From a virus (Duplodnaviria > Heunggongvirae > Uroviricota > Caudoviricetes): 64,000 nt of DNA. Numbering within the stretch: the first letter of the stretch is position 1; each line of letters begins with the position of its first letter. Of this stretch, positions 8,153 to 18,536 are shown in pieces. The position numbers and the translations under genes are program-made. The stretch is from the IMG/VR virus record IMGVR_UViG_3300044712_002452, positions 75,336 to 139,335 of that record. One strand, 5' to 3'. Below the pieces are notes generated by a model. That model did no database searches. It was not told the DNA's origin and was given only the letters and a program-made list of their open reading frames with translations.

Positions 8153-10231
8153 TTAGTTGAATAAGCCGAGTTCTACTTGTTGGTAAACTTTCGATTTTTC
8201 AGGTTTGATGTTGGATAATTTCACCCCTTTTAAATCGGATATTTCTTTGTAGATATTGTTTCGATAAAATTCTAAATCCACTTGATAATCCGCCCAATTT
8301 TGGTGTTCCGGAATTTTATTTACTTCTAATTGTAGCAACTTGCCGGCATGCACTTGTAGCTTTCTTTCATCTTGAGTGTTTATTTTCACCAGCTTTTGGC
8401 CTTGACGAGACATATAATAACGTACCGTACTGGGCATTTTTTTAGGTTTATTCCGACTATCCCGCAGATCGTAGCTCCAGAGTTCCCAATCACCCGATGC
8501 CCGAACGGCGCCAATAAAATCGTAGATTTCTCGGATATCTGAGAGATAGGTTTCCACCGGAATACCGTGGATGAAATAAAAATAGACGGCTTTCGGAATA
8601 CACAGAAAACTTCGGTTCTTGTGCAGAACAGAAACCACTCCTTTTTCCATTTCATACCACTCAAAGCGACCTTTACACTTAGTAGCTTGATATGCCATTA
8701 AATCGTCAATTTGCTTAAAGCGATAGTGAGGATTGCTTTTACGGACTTTTTGATACTCTTCGACAGTTTTGCACTTTTTCCAATCAAATACCGCGATATA
8801 GCTGTTTACATCCCAGATAAGCATTTCTGCATATTCATCAAATTCTAGCACCAACTGGGTTTTTTCCTGCCAGGCGGCGCATATCTGATCATAGAGTGCT
8901 TTATACTTGCGTGGAATAGCAAACTCCATACCATCCGTATTTTGCATCAAAGGAATCGCTGCCGGAATCGCTAACATTAATTCTTCAAAAAGCATCATCA
9001 AGAGTAACTGGCCGTTCAGTGTTACGCGCATCCCTAATTCGGGATCATAAAGAAAGCTGGTGGCATCGATACTCAATCCAAAAGTGGCATTCAAAATGAT
9101 CTTGAGTACGTAATTGGTCGGGTCCGACTTAGGAATAGCAATTCGCTGCTCATAGAACCATTCATAAAGTTCATTGAACTCTTTTACCGGTAAATGTGCC
9201 GGTGCCCATTTATTTCGAATGATCAAATTCGGATAATAGGATTTTACATCCAACGTGGCAATAAAGTATTCATCGTTTATCCGGTAATGGCCCGGACGCG
9301 CTCCGTGTACACCACCTAATGCAAATTTGATATCAGATCCGTGAAGATTGGTTTTAAATGAATACTTTTTTTCTCGTTCTTCTTTAGTCAACTGAACCGT
9401 GTAGTCAATTACAAGATTGCTAAACCATTTGTGTACAGCTTGAAACTCGGGAGTTTTAAAAGACACATAGGGTAAAATGATGTCTTTAGCTATTACTTTA
9501 TCCCGGGGAGTCCGTTTTTGTTTGAGTACCTTTTTAGATATCTTCAACTTTTCAGACAAGAAATGCAAAAATAGTTCTTTGCTGATACGGGGTTCAGAAG
9601 CATTCATCAAATTGATACCGTACTTGTGTGTCAAGCTTTGGCGCAAATGAATCTGCTCTTTACTTTTTTGCATGATAAACTTTGTACTCTCTACATCATT
9701 TATGCAGTACTCATCGACGATTTGTATGTCTTCCCAAGTATGAATTTCAGTATCGTGGTGAATTGGCATGGGTTGAAGATTTCTCCAGCCAGTCGCAAAT
9801 TGTAACCATTTAAGCGACACCATTTTTTGATCCCAATGATTCATTTTCATCAAATCGATGTGTCGAATCGGAAAATCCCTGGGGCTATGTAATCGGTATT
9901 CTTTTTTCCGAGATCGTTCAATGTGTTCTGCGGCCATTTTAGCCATCACTCGGGCAATGGTATCACCATCGGGTTCATCTATTAACCTGGTTCCTTCGAG
10001 CGTTAAATCCTGGAGCATATCGCAGACAAGCTGCATATCAAACTCTTCACCATTGAAATCAACCAACCAACCGTTTTGTTGAATCAATTCTCCTAAAAAA
10101 GCAATTAGCTTCGGGTAATCATTTCTCAATCGGTGAACTATGAAAACCTTTGTTTCATCACTCGATGTAGAAATAAACCGAGCCAAAAACAAATTTTTTA
10201 GGGTTTCAAAGTCAAACACCCATTGTTTCAT
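8153..10231 (-). CDS. DNA polymerase, family B
   Basis: Exo I VFDFET. Motif A LDVKSYYPNLII (DxxSLYPS-like). Motif B KIILNATFGLS (KxxxNSxYG-like). TDG in the motif C position. 692 aa. Confidence 0.7.
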   Translation of the reverse strand: MKQWVFDFETLKNLFLARFISTSSDETKVFIVHRLRNDYPKLIAFLGELIQQNGWLVDFNGEEFDMQLVCDMLQDLTLEGTRLIDEPDGDTIARVMAKMAAEHIERSRKKEYRLHSPRDFPIRHIDLMKMNHWDQKMVSLKWLQFATGWRNLQPMPIHHDTEIHTWEDIQIVDEYCINDVESTKFIMQKSKEQIHLRQSLTHKYGINLMNASEPRISKELFLHFLSEKLKISKKVLKQKRTPRDKVIAKDIILPYVSFKTPEFQAVHKWFSNLVIDYTVQLTKEEREKKYSFKTNLHGSDIKFALGGVHGARPGHYRINDEYFIATLDVKSYYPNLIIRNKWAPAHLPVKEFNELYEWFYEQRIAIPKSDPTNYVLKIILNATFGLSIDATSFLYDPELGMRVTLNGQLLLMMLFEELMLAIPAAIPLMQNTDGMEFAIPRKYKALYDQICAAWQEKTQLVLEFDEYAEMLIWDVNSYIAVFDWKKCKTVEEYQKVRKSNPHYRFKQIDDLMAYQATKCKGRFEWYEMEKGVVSVLHKNRSFLCIPKAVYFYFIHGIPVETYLSDIREIYDFIGAVRASGDWELWSYDLRDSRNKPKKMPSTVRYYMSRQGQKLVKINTQDERKLQVHAGKLLQLEVNKIPEHQNWADYQVDLEFYRNNIYKEISDLKGVKLSNIKPEKSKVYQQVELGLFN

Positions 10232-10326
10232 AGAAATAATAATTTGATGTGAAAAAAAAGGGTGATCTGGTAAATCACCCTTATAAACAGGAACACCTAC
10301 CTTGCATCTGAAAGGGTAGTGTATTT

Positions 10327-10881
10327 TTACACCTTTTTCAAAGATGTTTTAATCTCTGCCTTTTTTGCGGCTAATTCAGCAGCGGCTTTTTCGGCTGCAG
10401 CTTTTTCATCCGCTAATTTTTTCTCATACCGGGCCTGCATGATGGCTGTGGCTTCGGTTTTAAAGTCTGAATAAGTTTCTTCGGTTACTTCTTTGAGCGT
10501 TGCAAAATCAAAATTGAAAGTGTCTGGATTCATAGGCGTGACATACTTCATCAAAAACACTTGAATTTCTGAAGCATCGATGATTTGATACTCATCGTAG
10601 TTTTCAATTTCGGCATACTCTTTACGAGTACCTCGGCTGTCTGAAATTTCGTTACCGTAACTATCCAAAACATCCCGCAGGATTAAATTGCGTTTTTTGG
10701 TTTTTCCAACCAATACAAGCTTTTTGAAAATCGGATCGTAAAAGCCCTTTACAAAAGGACAATCATTGGATACCGGAATAAGGGTAAAAGATTCAAATGT
10801 GCGCTCCCAAATGGTTTTTACTGCGTACATCTGAAAGGGTGCCGGAGCAAGAAAAGGTCCCGGGGCAGTTGAATTAGACAT
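10327..10881 (-). CDS. hypothetical protein
   Basis: 184 aa. Two promoter-motif copies lie upstream at 10908-10939 and a terminator downstream at about 10254-10282. Confidence 0.5.
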   Translation of the reverse strand: MSNSTAPGPFLAPAPFQMYAVKTIWERTFESFTLIPVSNDCPFVKGFYDPIFKKLVLVGKTKKRNLILRDVLDSYGNEISDSRGTRKEYAEIENYDEYQIIDASEIQVFLMKYVTPMNPDTFNFDFATLKEVTEETYSDFKTEATAIMQARYEKKLADEKAAAEKAAAELAAKKAEIKTSLKKV

Positions 10882-10907
10882 AAAAATGGTTTGTAAATGT
10901 GGTTTAA

Positions 10908-10939
10908 TTCTACAAATATAGAATTGCCAAATCTACAAA
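10908..10939 (-). promoter_or_regulatory. two tandem TTTGTAGA(A/T)TT motif copies upstream of gene 10327..10881
   Basis: Minus strand reads TTTGTAGATTTGGCAATTCTATATTTGTAGAA. Confidence 0.45.
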
Positions 10940-10966
10940 CCAAATTTATATCTATAAAGTTAAACT

Positions 10967-11569
10967 TTATATTTCGGCAGCGGGATCCGCTTTGGATACT
11001 GCATTTTTTTTCAGTACTTCTGATCCAAAAGTCAACCCCCGGTAAGTCTCCCGATCCAGATCATACACATTGCACAGTTCTCCAACCTGTCGGATGATTG
11101 CTTCATCTACGTCGAGCAAAAAAGCGTACACGCCAAAGAATTGCTCCGGATAGATAAAAGTCTCCATATAAGCATATTCTCCCGAATTTGGACCGTAGTA
11201 ATACCGAATACGCTCTTTCAGGTGCGGAGATAGCTGAGAATACCGTCCGTCCAAAAACCGCCCCCAATCCCGCTCAAAGGATGTCATATCGTAGATATGC
11301 GCATGCCCGGTCTGCGTTAAAACCGTCTTTTCATACAATAGCGAGGCTTTGAGTACATGCTCTTCGTACAAAAGGAATTCGGGTGTATTGAGCTCAGGCA
11401 TTCGTTTGTCCACAACCAAAATCAAGCGGCAGTCTTCGGGTTTATAGTGTCCTTCCCAGGCAATAAAGCTGCTCAAACTGCGGACGTGCATGTTGTTTAC
11501 CGTACCGATCGCCGGTAGCAAAAAGCTCCGGCTCTTTTGAAAATACTTGCTGTAAGGTTTTGAAATCAT
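10967..11569 (-). CDS. hypothetical protein
   Basis: 200 aa ORF. Confidence 0.45.
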   Translation of the reverse strand: MISKPYSKYFQKSRSFLLPAIGTVNNMHVRSLSSFIAWEGHYKPEDCRLILVVDKRMPELNTPEFLLYEEHVLKASLLYEKTVLTQTGHAHIYDMTSFERDWGRFLDGRYSQLSPHLKERIRYYYGPNSGEYAYMETFIYPEQFFGVYAFLLDVDEAIIRQVGELCNVYDLDRETYRGLTFGSEVLKKNAVSKADPAAEI

Positions 11570-11593
11570 AGTGTTTTCGGGAGAGGTTTGTAA

Positions 11594-12682
11594 TCAGAGA
11601 ACTACCATCTTTTCAGCAAATTCGAAGGGTAAGTCAAATTGACGTTGTTTGTAATGGTAATCCGCTCTAAAAATCACTTCTTTTTTGAAGCGATCCTCCC
11701 ATTGTTTCAAAGTTTCAGAACGTACTTTGAAATTATAGGTGTTCAACAGATTATCGATCACCAGAAACGAAAAGCTGATTTCGTACCCTTTGCTCATTAG
11801 GTCTATGTGCTTGTAAGAAACAAGCAATTTGTACATAATGGCTTGTGCCCAATAGTTGTAGTTTTCCAACGATTCAACAAAATATTTCAATTCCCGGCCA
11901 ATGGTTTTCACATCGGTAATATGGATGATCTTTTTGTTGTGATCGATCACATAATTATCCAAAATACCTTTGATTCCAAACGCATAGTGCTTTAATTCGT
12001 AATTGATTTCTTGCTCATAAAAGCACTCGCGCCCTTCATTTTCGCTTTGATCCAAGCCCAGCAAAGTCATATACTCCGGAATGGCTTTGATTTTATCGAC
12101 TGCTTTACGGGCGTAACTGTCGATACCTTCATCGATTACGGTTTTACCCTGAGCCACCAACAAATAGTTCCAATAGGATTCATTGGCTGCACTCATCATC
12201 TTTTCCATTCTTTTGTCGTCACCGGTTTTGGCAACCACCCCGTTTTTATCGGCTTTATCGTCTTTAAGGGCTTGCCAATAGTCTAATTCGACCATTTTTT
12301 TGAGCATCAGCGCGCGGTAGCTGTACAAAGTGATCACGCCTTGATTGGTTTTACGCACTGAATCATTGTAGGCTTCATAAGCCGCATCTATTACCGCTTT
12401 GGCGTCACCGCTCGGTAAATTGGTCGGCATGACTACAAATTGCTTTCGATACTCATTTTCGGTGAGTAGTAAAGCGTGGATGGCTCTTCCGATTAACAAA
12501 TACCGGTCTTCTTTGATTTCTTTGAGTTTTAATACATACTCATCGAAAAAAGTCGCCGGGTTGTACAACAGTTTGCTCAATGAACTAAACGAAAAGAAAA
12601 ACTTTTTGGCAAAGAACTCTTCCGTTAAAATTCGGATTTCTTCTGGACTTAACTGTTCCCGTTTTGTAATCACTGTGGACAT
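11594..12682 (-). CDS. PD-(D/E)XK family exonuclease (recombination-type)
   Basis: IKGILDNYVIDHNKKIIHITDVKT matches the D...D/E-x-K core. 362 aa, sized like phage RecB-family exonucleases. Confidence 0.5.
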   Translation of the reverse strand: MSTVITKREQLSPEEIRILTEEFFAKKFFFSFSSLSKLLYNPATFFDEYVLKLKEIKEDRYLLIGRAIHALLLTENEYRKQFVVMPTNLPSGDAKAVIDAAYEAYNDSVRKTNQGVITLYSYRALMLKKMVELDYWQALKDDKADKNGVVAKTGDDKRMEKMMSAANESYWNYLLVAQGKTVIDEGIDSYARKAVDKIKAIPEYMTLLGLDQSENEGRECFYEQEINYELKHYAFGIKGILDNYVIDHNKKIIHITDVKTIGRELKYFVESLENYNYWAQAIMYKLLVSYKHIDLMSKGYEISFSFLVIDNLLNTYNFKVRSETLKQWEDRFKKEVIFRADYHYKQRQFDLPFEFAEKMVVL

Positions 12683-12744
12683 TGTGGTTGGTTTAAAATA
12701 GAAAAATCGCTTGGGTAGCGATTTTTATAGGTGAATAAATATTT

Positions 12745-13233
12745 TTAAATTCCTGGTTTCAGCATCAAATCGCGGCGGTAAAACTTACCCAAGATGTTAT
12801 CGTTGTAGCTTTCGTAAAACAATACGCCGTATTTGAACTGATAATAGATTTCGAAAAAAGTGAGTTGCTTTTTGGTCAGGCAGATTTGAAGAATTTCCCT
12901 TGAAAACTGTTCTTTACCTTGCTTTTTTACGTCTTCGATCAAAGCTGCAGCACTTCCGTAATAGTTTTTCCAGTTGCTTTCTTTACATACGGTTTTGTAG
13001 GATTTCCGACGTTTATCGGTAGATAGCTCTTTTTGAGAAAGAGCCACTTTGAGATTAGAAAACAAATTTTTTTTTCCGATGTAAAATTTCCCGGTTTGTA
13101 GATTTGTAATCTTGTATACAAAACCAAAAGGTTGAACCGGCGTACCAGGTACAACGCTATCCAAAATATTTGCTAAATCATTGATTATTAGAACAGGCTT
13201 ACCTTTATACATCCAAGAAAGTTGCTGACTCAT
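12745..13233 (-). CDS. GIY-YIG endonuclease (free-standing homing-endonuclease-like)
   Basis: FGFVYKITNLQTGKFYIGKK is a canonical GIY...YIG motif. Own promoter motifs at 13247-13261 and own terminator at 12703-12737. Confidence 0.7.
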   Translation of the reverse strand: MSQQLSWMYKGKPVLIINDLANILDSVVPGTPVQPFGFVYKITNLQTGKFYIGKKNLFSNLKVALSQKELSTDKRRKSYKTVCKESNWKNYYGSAAALIEDVKKQGKEQFSREILQICLTKKQLTFFEIYYQFKYGVLFYESYNDNILGKFYRRDLMLKPGI

Positions 13234-13247
13234 GTAATACGATATTT

Positions 13248-14330
13248 CTACAAATCTACAATAAAATGATTTATTTGTAGATTTATATTCATCGTTTTAT
13301 GAAGTTGATTCAAGAGTTCTTTACGACAAATAGAACGTTTGATTTTTTCGGTACATTCAGCCATATCTTTAATCTTAAATTGATCATTGGGTACCGGTGG
13401 TTTAAAAATGATAGGTAGTACATTCAATTCGGATCGGTATTTTTCCATGGCTTGCAGGCCGGCTGCATCCGTATCCAGTAACGTAAACACCCGATTGTTG
13501 TACCGTTGTTTTAAACCTATAATAACGGGTTCTCCCAGCAAAGTAGTTTCGCTATGTGGCGCTACGAAATCAATGCCCAGGTTTAGTTCACTCATGGCCA
13601 TTCCATCTTTGAGAGAAGCCATAATCAAACAAGACTTGTTGATTTCAGGATTGAGCTGGTCATATCCTTGCAAATAATCGAATATCTTGATGAATTTTCC
13701 TTGCGATTTACCAGGGCTGTAAATTTTGTACAATTCTCCGTTTTTGGTAAAATATCCATAAATCAATCCCGCTTGTTCAGATACCGCAAAATAGTCTTCG
13801 TATTTATTTTTGTTCACCATCACATAATAACTCAGAGGTCGAACATTAAACCGATCTAAAGTAGCGGAACTGATTTTTGGTTTGGACCAAAATTGAATAT
13901 CCAGGCTATTCCAAGAACGTACTTGATAGGCTGAGACTTCGTATTTACTTGAAACCGTGGCGTTTTCCGCTTTGGGTGTGATGGGTTTAACACAACCGCC
14001 GCTACTCAGATATTTTTGATAATCCTGGATGATGTATTGAATAGTTAACCCATAGGAAAACGAGTGACCGTATTGTTGTTCAAGTAAATAGCGCACAAGC
14101 TGAACATGATTGCCTTTTTTTCCGGTCGAAAAATCATTCCATCGCCATTTTTGAATATCCGTCGCAAAGAAAATAAACATGCTGGGTTCATTGTCACCGG
14201 CATTAAAAAGGCTTTTCATCCTGGCCGTTTTCCCTTCGATAAGGGGTTCATCTAATCCGCAATATTGTTCATAAACCCAAGTTTCCGGTACTTCATCTAT
14301 ACTTAAAATGACGTGTTGTAACTGTAGCAT
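13248..14330 (-). CDS. DNA primase, TOPRIM domain
   Basis: TOPRIM-like E...DxD: LGIDFVAPHSE...VFTLLDTDAAG. Sits next to the DnaB-like helicase. Confidence 0.5.
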   Translation of the reverse strand: MLQLQHVILSIDEVPETWVYEQYCGLDEPLIEGKTARMKSLFNAGDNEPSMFIFFATDIQKWRWNDFSTGKKGNHVQLVRYLLEQQYGHSFSYGLTIQYIIQDYQKYLSSGGCVKPITPKAENATVSSKYEVSAYQVRSWNSLDIQFWSKPKISSATLDRFNVRPLSYYVMVNKNKYEDYFAVSEQAGLIYGYFTKNGELYKIYSPGKSQGKFIKIFDYLQGYDQLNPEINKSCLIMASLKDGMAMSELNLGIDFVAPHSETTLLGEPVIIGLKQRYNNRVFTLLDTDAAGLQAMEKYRSELNVLPIIFKPPVPNDQFKIKDMAECTEKIKRSICRKELLNQLHKTMNINLQINHFIVDL

Positions 14331-14348
14331 CTGTTGAGCATTTAGAAC

Positions 14349-14389
14349 GGAAAAAAGAGCTCTTAGTGAGTTTTACCCCACTAAGAGCT
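14349..14389 (-). terminator. rho-independent terminator
   Basis: 13-bp stem AGAGCTCTTAGTG/ACTAAGAGCT, followed on the minus strand by CTTTTTTCC. Confidence 0.55.
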
Positions 14390-14416
14390 ACTTTTAAAAT
14401 AATGAATATTCCGTGA

Positions 14417-15304
14417 TTACAACAATTCAAAATCCGGCGCCGGCGTCCAGCCACCTACGGGTTCAGGGGCACTATCTTGTTGCGGATAGAGCATGTTTCC
14501 GGAAGATTGCGGAGCGGCTGCAGGCTGTGGAAACTGCGGATGCGGGGCAGTACCCACTTGACTAGCGGCTGCGGCCACAGCTTGTCTAAACGCGGGTGCC
14601 GGTGCCGCGGCTTGAGCCACACTGGCGTTGGGATCATTAGCTGCAGCAGTGCCCGCCGGAACCTTTACATACAAGTGACTTTTGTTCTTGTCTAAAGGAT
14701 GGGTTGGCAAATAATCCGCAACTTTTCTTGGATTAGCGGTAACCGGCTCGAAAGCAACAGCTGATTGCTTCCAACTGGGCAGATGCAAGTAGTACACTTC
14801 ATGACCATTTTGATTTACCGTTTGTGTACCACAAAGCAACCAATACAACCAGTTGTTTTGATCTTTTAGGATCACACGGTTAAATTCTCTGATCAAATCC
14901 GCGATCGTGCCTGCTTGCAATGAAATCACTTGATCTTCTTTACCCAAAGCTTTACCCAAAGTCCGGAGCGCTTTTTGAGTACTGGTAGTCACAAAGTATT
15001 CTCTACCTTCTGACACTTTATCTTCAAAAGCAAAAGCCGAGTACTTTACCCGAGAACTGCGCCCTTTGAAACGACCCAAACTTTCATTGTCTTTGTCAAT
15101 AAACCATCCTTCAAAAGACGGATCGGTTTCAGGTTGACCTTCCAAAAGCAAAATCAGGTCATAGGTACCTTCTTTAAAGCTCGGTTCCAAGCTTATCTGA
15201 CGAAGGTTAGCGATTACGTTTCCGGGGTGCAAGCTTTTAGGAATAAAAGACGATTCCGTTTTGATTTCATCCCAATTAGACAACTTGTTTGTTACATTCG
15301 ACAT
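14417..15304 (-). CDS. putative ssDNA-binding/annealing protein with disordered Pro/Gln/Ala-rich C-terminal tail ending DFELL
   Basis: Structured N-terminal about 200 aa, then a low-complexity tail. The C-terminal tip ...GGWTPAPDFELL is like SSB-family partner-binding tails. Located in the recombination module. Confidence 0.35.
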   Translation of the reverse strand: MSNVTNKLSNWDEIKTESSFIPKSLHPGNVIANLRQISLEPSFKEGTYDLILLLEGQPETDPSFEGWFIDKDNESLGRFKGRSSRVKYSAFAFEDKVSEGREYFVTTSTQKALRTLGKALGKEDQVISLQAGTIADLIREFNRVILKDQNNWLYWLLCGTQTVNQNGHEVYYLHLPSWKQSAVAFEPVTANPRKVADYLPTHPLDKNKSHLYVKVPAGTAAANDPNASVAQAAAPAPAFRQAVAAAASQVGTAPHPQFPQPAAAPQSSGNMLYPQQDSAPEPVGGWTPAPDFELL

Positions 15305-15352
15305 ACGATTGTGATTTACGATTTACGATTGATTTTTTTTGATTCTTTTTTG

Positions 15353-16357
15353 TTAAGAAAAATCCACTTCCGGGAAGATTTGATTCCAATAGGTTTCACC
15401 TTTCCCGAATAGATTTCCTTCGGCGTCAGCGATATCGCCGTTTTCATCGGTTTGATGCAAGTCAGCGATTTTGATGATTTTACCACCTAAATGACGCGGG
15501 CGAGCATCCAAATCCGTTTCGTCTCTTTTCTGAAAGTCAAGAAATACACCTTTGTCATTACGCACACAAATAGCAATAGCGGGAGCGTGGGCAGTGAATA
15601 TGGTGGGAAGCGCCCCTTCCAAGGCAAGGTCAACGGTCGAAATTTCTTCATCGGTTTTCTTGAGTACCGATTTTTTCATTTTGATATGACCGTTGTAAAT
15701 AATGAACGGAGCCGCGTTCTTTTCAATAAAGTTTTTGATGTTTTCCAATGCTGAGCGGATGTGTTTGGCTCCACCGTAATTATCCGCTTTGCGAATGTCT
15801 GCTTTGATTTTGTTGGGATCTGTGACAAAGTAATTAAACTCCGCCAGCGCTGCTCCATCGACCATGTTTTTAAAATGAGTCAATGTGTCAATTACAAATA
15901 CTGGAAACTTCATTTGATTGATTAATTCCACCAGCGCTTTGTAAGTATCCGGTGAACGGTCTTGTTCAAGCTGATCATACAAAGCTTCAAATTTGCTCAT
16001 ATGATTTACTTTGCGCAATTCCTGCACCACTTCGTACAAAGGCGTTGGAATAAAAGCACCGGTTTTGGTAATCATGTAAGGCGCCGGCAATTTTCCGGTA
16101 GCATCCGGAATTACCCGTGTCAATGACACCACGTTGTTGGCTTTAAAATAAGCCGTTCCCCCTTCACAATCCCCTATGAGAATTTTAGGTACATTGACCA
16201 TATTATCTGTTTTTCCTGTCTTGGGAAAAGAGATAATCACCATACTACGCGGCGACTTTAAAAAAGCATCCGCACTTTGAACCAAATTACCTTCATTATC
16301 CAAAGGCAATCTTCGATACACCGGCGGTTTAGCTGCCGGAGACACAGTTGTTGACAT
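15353..16357 (-). CDS. RecA-like P-loop ATPase (AAA_24/Sak4-like)
   Basis: Walker A IISFPKTGKTD and Walker B VFVIDTLTH. Acidic C-terminus ...EVDFS. Confidence 0.5.
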   Translation of the reverse strand: MSTTVSPAAKPPVYRRLPLDNEGNLVQSADAFLKSPRSMVIISFPKTGKTDNMVNVPKILIGDCEGGTAYFKANNVVSLTRVIPDATGKLPAPYMITKTGAFIPTPLYEVVQELRKVNHMSKFEALYDQLEQDRSPDTYKALVELINQMKFPVFVIDTLTHFKNMVDGAALAEFNYFVTDPNKIKADIRKADNYGGAKHIRSALENIKNFIEKNAAPFIIYNGHIKMKKSVLKKTDEEISTVDLALEGALPTIFTAHAPAIAICVRNDKGVFLDFQKRDETDLDARPRHLGGKIIKIADLHQTDENGDIADAEGNLFGKGETYWNQIFPEVDFS

Positions 16358-16367
16358 TTTTCTTTTT

Positions 16368-17063
16368 TTACGTGTTTTCTCTAATTAATTGATTAATCCA
16401 TGATTTACCGGAGATCGGTTTGCGAAACATTATCGCCATTAGATCTCGGGCTGAAAGTGAATGCATCGGCATATCAACCATATCATATGCCTGTGCATTC
16501 TGTGGAATCTCGTTAACCTGGGGTTTCGGATCCACGGTTTTTTTAACTGGCCCTAATTCCGAAAAAGGGGTTATTTTAAGCAATTCCAACGGATCCTGTG
16601 GAGGACTGGGTGATGGAGACTTAAACTGATTCGGTAAAACAGGGGATGGTGCCGGAGAGGGGGTAGGAATCGATGCTACCGGAGCAGCATTGTTCACCAG
16701 GCCTAACTGCCAGATAATTTTCAATTCTTCAACCGGGAAAAAATACCGTTCGTTGTGTGAAGGGAGCTCGTTGATGTAATAGGGTGAATACGGAAGAAAA
16801 TACAGTTTTCGGTCTTCATCCAAAGGTTCATAATTGTTCCGTAAAAATTCAATGTACAAATTTTTCCCACCGGTCAATTCACTTTTAAAAAGTCCGATAA
16901 CCCGTTTTCCATTGAAATTTTGCGGTATTTTACCTAAAAGCTGATATTCGCTACCTGGGTAACCGGCCGCATGTTCTTCGATGGTACGGGCATAATATTT
17001 TTCCATCTCAAGCAAACGCTCATACCGATAGGTTTTTAAATCGACAGGGTTTAAGTTACTCAT
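16368..17063 (-). CDS. hypothetical protein with Pro-rich linker
   Basis: 231 aa. Central PSPAPSPVLPNQFKSPSPSPPQDP stretch. Confidence 0.45.
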   Translation of the reverse strand: MSNLNPVDLKTYRYERLLEMEKYYARTIEEHAAGYPGSEYQLLGKIPQNFNGKRVIGLFKSELTGGKNLYIEFLRNNYEPLDEDRKLYFLPYSPYYINELPSHNERYFFPVEELKIIWQLGLVNNAAPVASIPTPSPAPSPVLPNQFKSPSPSPPQDPLELLKITPFSELGPVKKTVDPKPQVNEIPQNAQAYDMVDMPMHSLSARDLMAIMFRKPISGKSWINQLIRENT

Positions 17064-17072
17064 AAAAATAAT

Positions 17073-18143
17073 TTACGGCTGATTTAAAATTTGTGACATG
17101 CTCAAAGGTTTGAAATTTCCTAAAGGCATATTTGCTGAAAAAGCTTGATTGTGCAGATTGGATGCATTTTTTTGATTCTGCGCAATTTGAGCAGCCAAGT
17201 ATTTAGGATCATCTAATGGGTCGTATTCTACCATGCGCATATTGTGAAAATGAGCATCCAAAAAGAACATATCGATTGCACCGTTCCGCATTTTATTGAC
17301 GTGCACGGCAATGGTGTTATTAGTCACTGGGTATTTATGCGGTCCGTATTCTTTGATAGAGTGCTTACCCGGCCGGTTTAACATCAACAGCATATCGGTA
17401 TGCATCAATAAAGCGTCTGATCCGTACAAATCGGAATCCAACAAATAGTTTCCGGCACTGGCATTTTTTAATCGATCGCTGGATTCTGAATTTCGGTTTA
17501 ACTGAGAAAGTACAAAGAAGATCACCGGATAACGGCGTTTCATACGGGTCAAAGCTTCACCGAGTTTATGCAAAATCAACATATTGTCAGTATCGGTACC
17601 GTTTTTCAAAAACAACAAAGCATGGTCAATGGTGACAATCATAGGCTTATTGTAAGCTTTAAAGAAATCATCTACCATTTTTTCAAAATTGGCCACCGTT
17701 TTAGGGTCTTGCGCTACGTAGATATGCTCATACGAACGGTTAATCATGTAATGTTCTGCTGCTTTGAGATCCACATCATCCAATCGAACCCCTTTGGCAC
17801 TGGCCAGCTCTTGAATCGATTTACCAATTCCTGCACTGATGTCTCGTAAACCCATGGTTCGATAAATCATTTCCCATTGACAATCCAAAACCGCAAAATC
17901 CTGACCCGGATTTAACGCAAAAGCAGATCGGGTAAACTGATTGACAAATAGAGTTTTTCCGGTACCGGGTCGAGCACCTAATACGTTGATAGTATTCCAC
18001 TCAACCCCATCAATACCCAAATTATTCAAAGTCGGCCAAGGTGTCAATAAAGACTTAATATGACCGTCGCGCCGCCCCATAATGTAAGCGAGCGATTCTT
18101 TATAGACATCTGAAATATGTACCCAATCTGCAACAGGAAGCAT
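17073..18143 (-). CDS. replicative helicase, DnaB-like RecA-fold C-terminal domain
   Basis: Walker A LGARPGTGKT. DnaB H3/H4-like LLDSDLYGSDALLMHTDMLLMLNR. Arg finger MRNG. Confidence 0.7.
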   Translation of the reverse strand: MLPVADWVHISDVYKESLAYIMGRRDGHIKSLLTPWPTLNNLGIDGVEWNTINVLGARPGTGKTLFVNQFTRSAFALNPGQDFAVLDCQWEMIYRTMGLRDISAGIGKSIQELASAKGVRLDDVDLKAAEHYMINRSYEHIYVAQDPKTVANFEKMVDDFFKAYNKPMIVTIDHALLFLKNGTDTDNMLILHKLGEALTRMKRRYPVIFFVLSQLNRNSESSDRLKNASAGNYLLDSDLYGSDALLMHTDMLLMLNRPGKHSIKEYGPHKYPVTNNTIAVHVNKMRNGAIDMFFLDAHFHNMRMVEYDPLDDPKYLAAQIAQNQKNASNLHNQAFSANMPLGNFKPLSMSQILNQP

Positions 18144-18147
18144 ATTA

Positions 18148-18333
18148 TTATTTTAAATATATTTTATGTACCTCACGTTCAAAAAAATAAAATAGAGAAA
18201 CAATAAAATCAATTACAACCATTTCCCAAATTTTGAGTTTTCCGCCTAAAAGCATATTGATTATCGTAAAAGCCGCGACGGAAAATATAATCGAGTTCAA
18301 TAATATAAGAACCGCTCGTTTTAAATAATTCAT
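18148..18333 (-). CDS. small membrane protein
   Basis: 61 aa, two hydrophobic segments. Confidence 0.35.
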   Translation of the reverse strand: MNYLKRAVLILLNSIIFSVAAFTIINMLLGGKLKIWEMVVIDFIVSLFYFFEREVHKIYLK

Positions 18334-18536
18334 TCTTGGTCAATTAAAGATGTGTAATCGGGTTCAGTGGCCAGCCAATACTTGAATTCAGCTACTTGGA
18401 TTTCAGGTTTAAACTGATGTCCTAATTTTTCTTTGGCGTACTTGTGATAAGCTTCCCGAATTTTGGTCTTTTTAAATCCGTATTCGTCACTCATTAAAGT
18501 CACCAAATCTTCAGGGATTTCTAAGATGATGTTCAT
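18330..18536 (-). CDS. hypothetical small protein
   Basis: 68 aa, translationally coupled to neighbours. Confidence 0.35.
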   Translation of the reverse strand: MNIILEIPEDLVTLMSDEYGFKKTKIREAYHKYAKEKLGHQFKPEIQVAEFKYWLATEPDYTSLIDQE

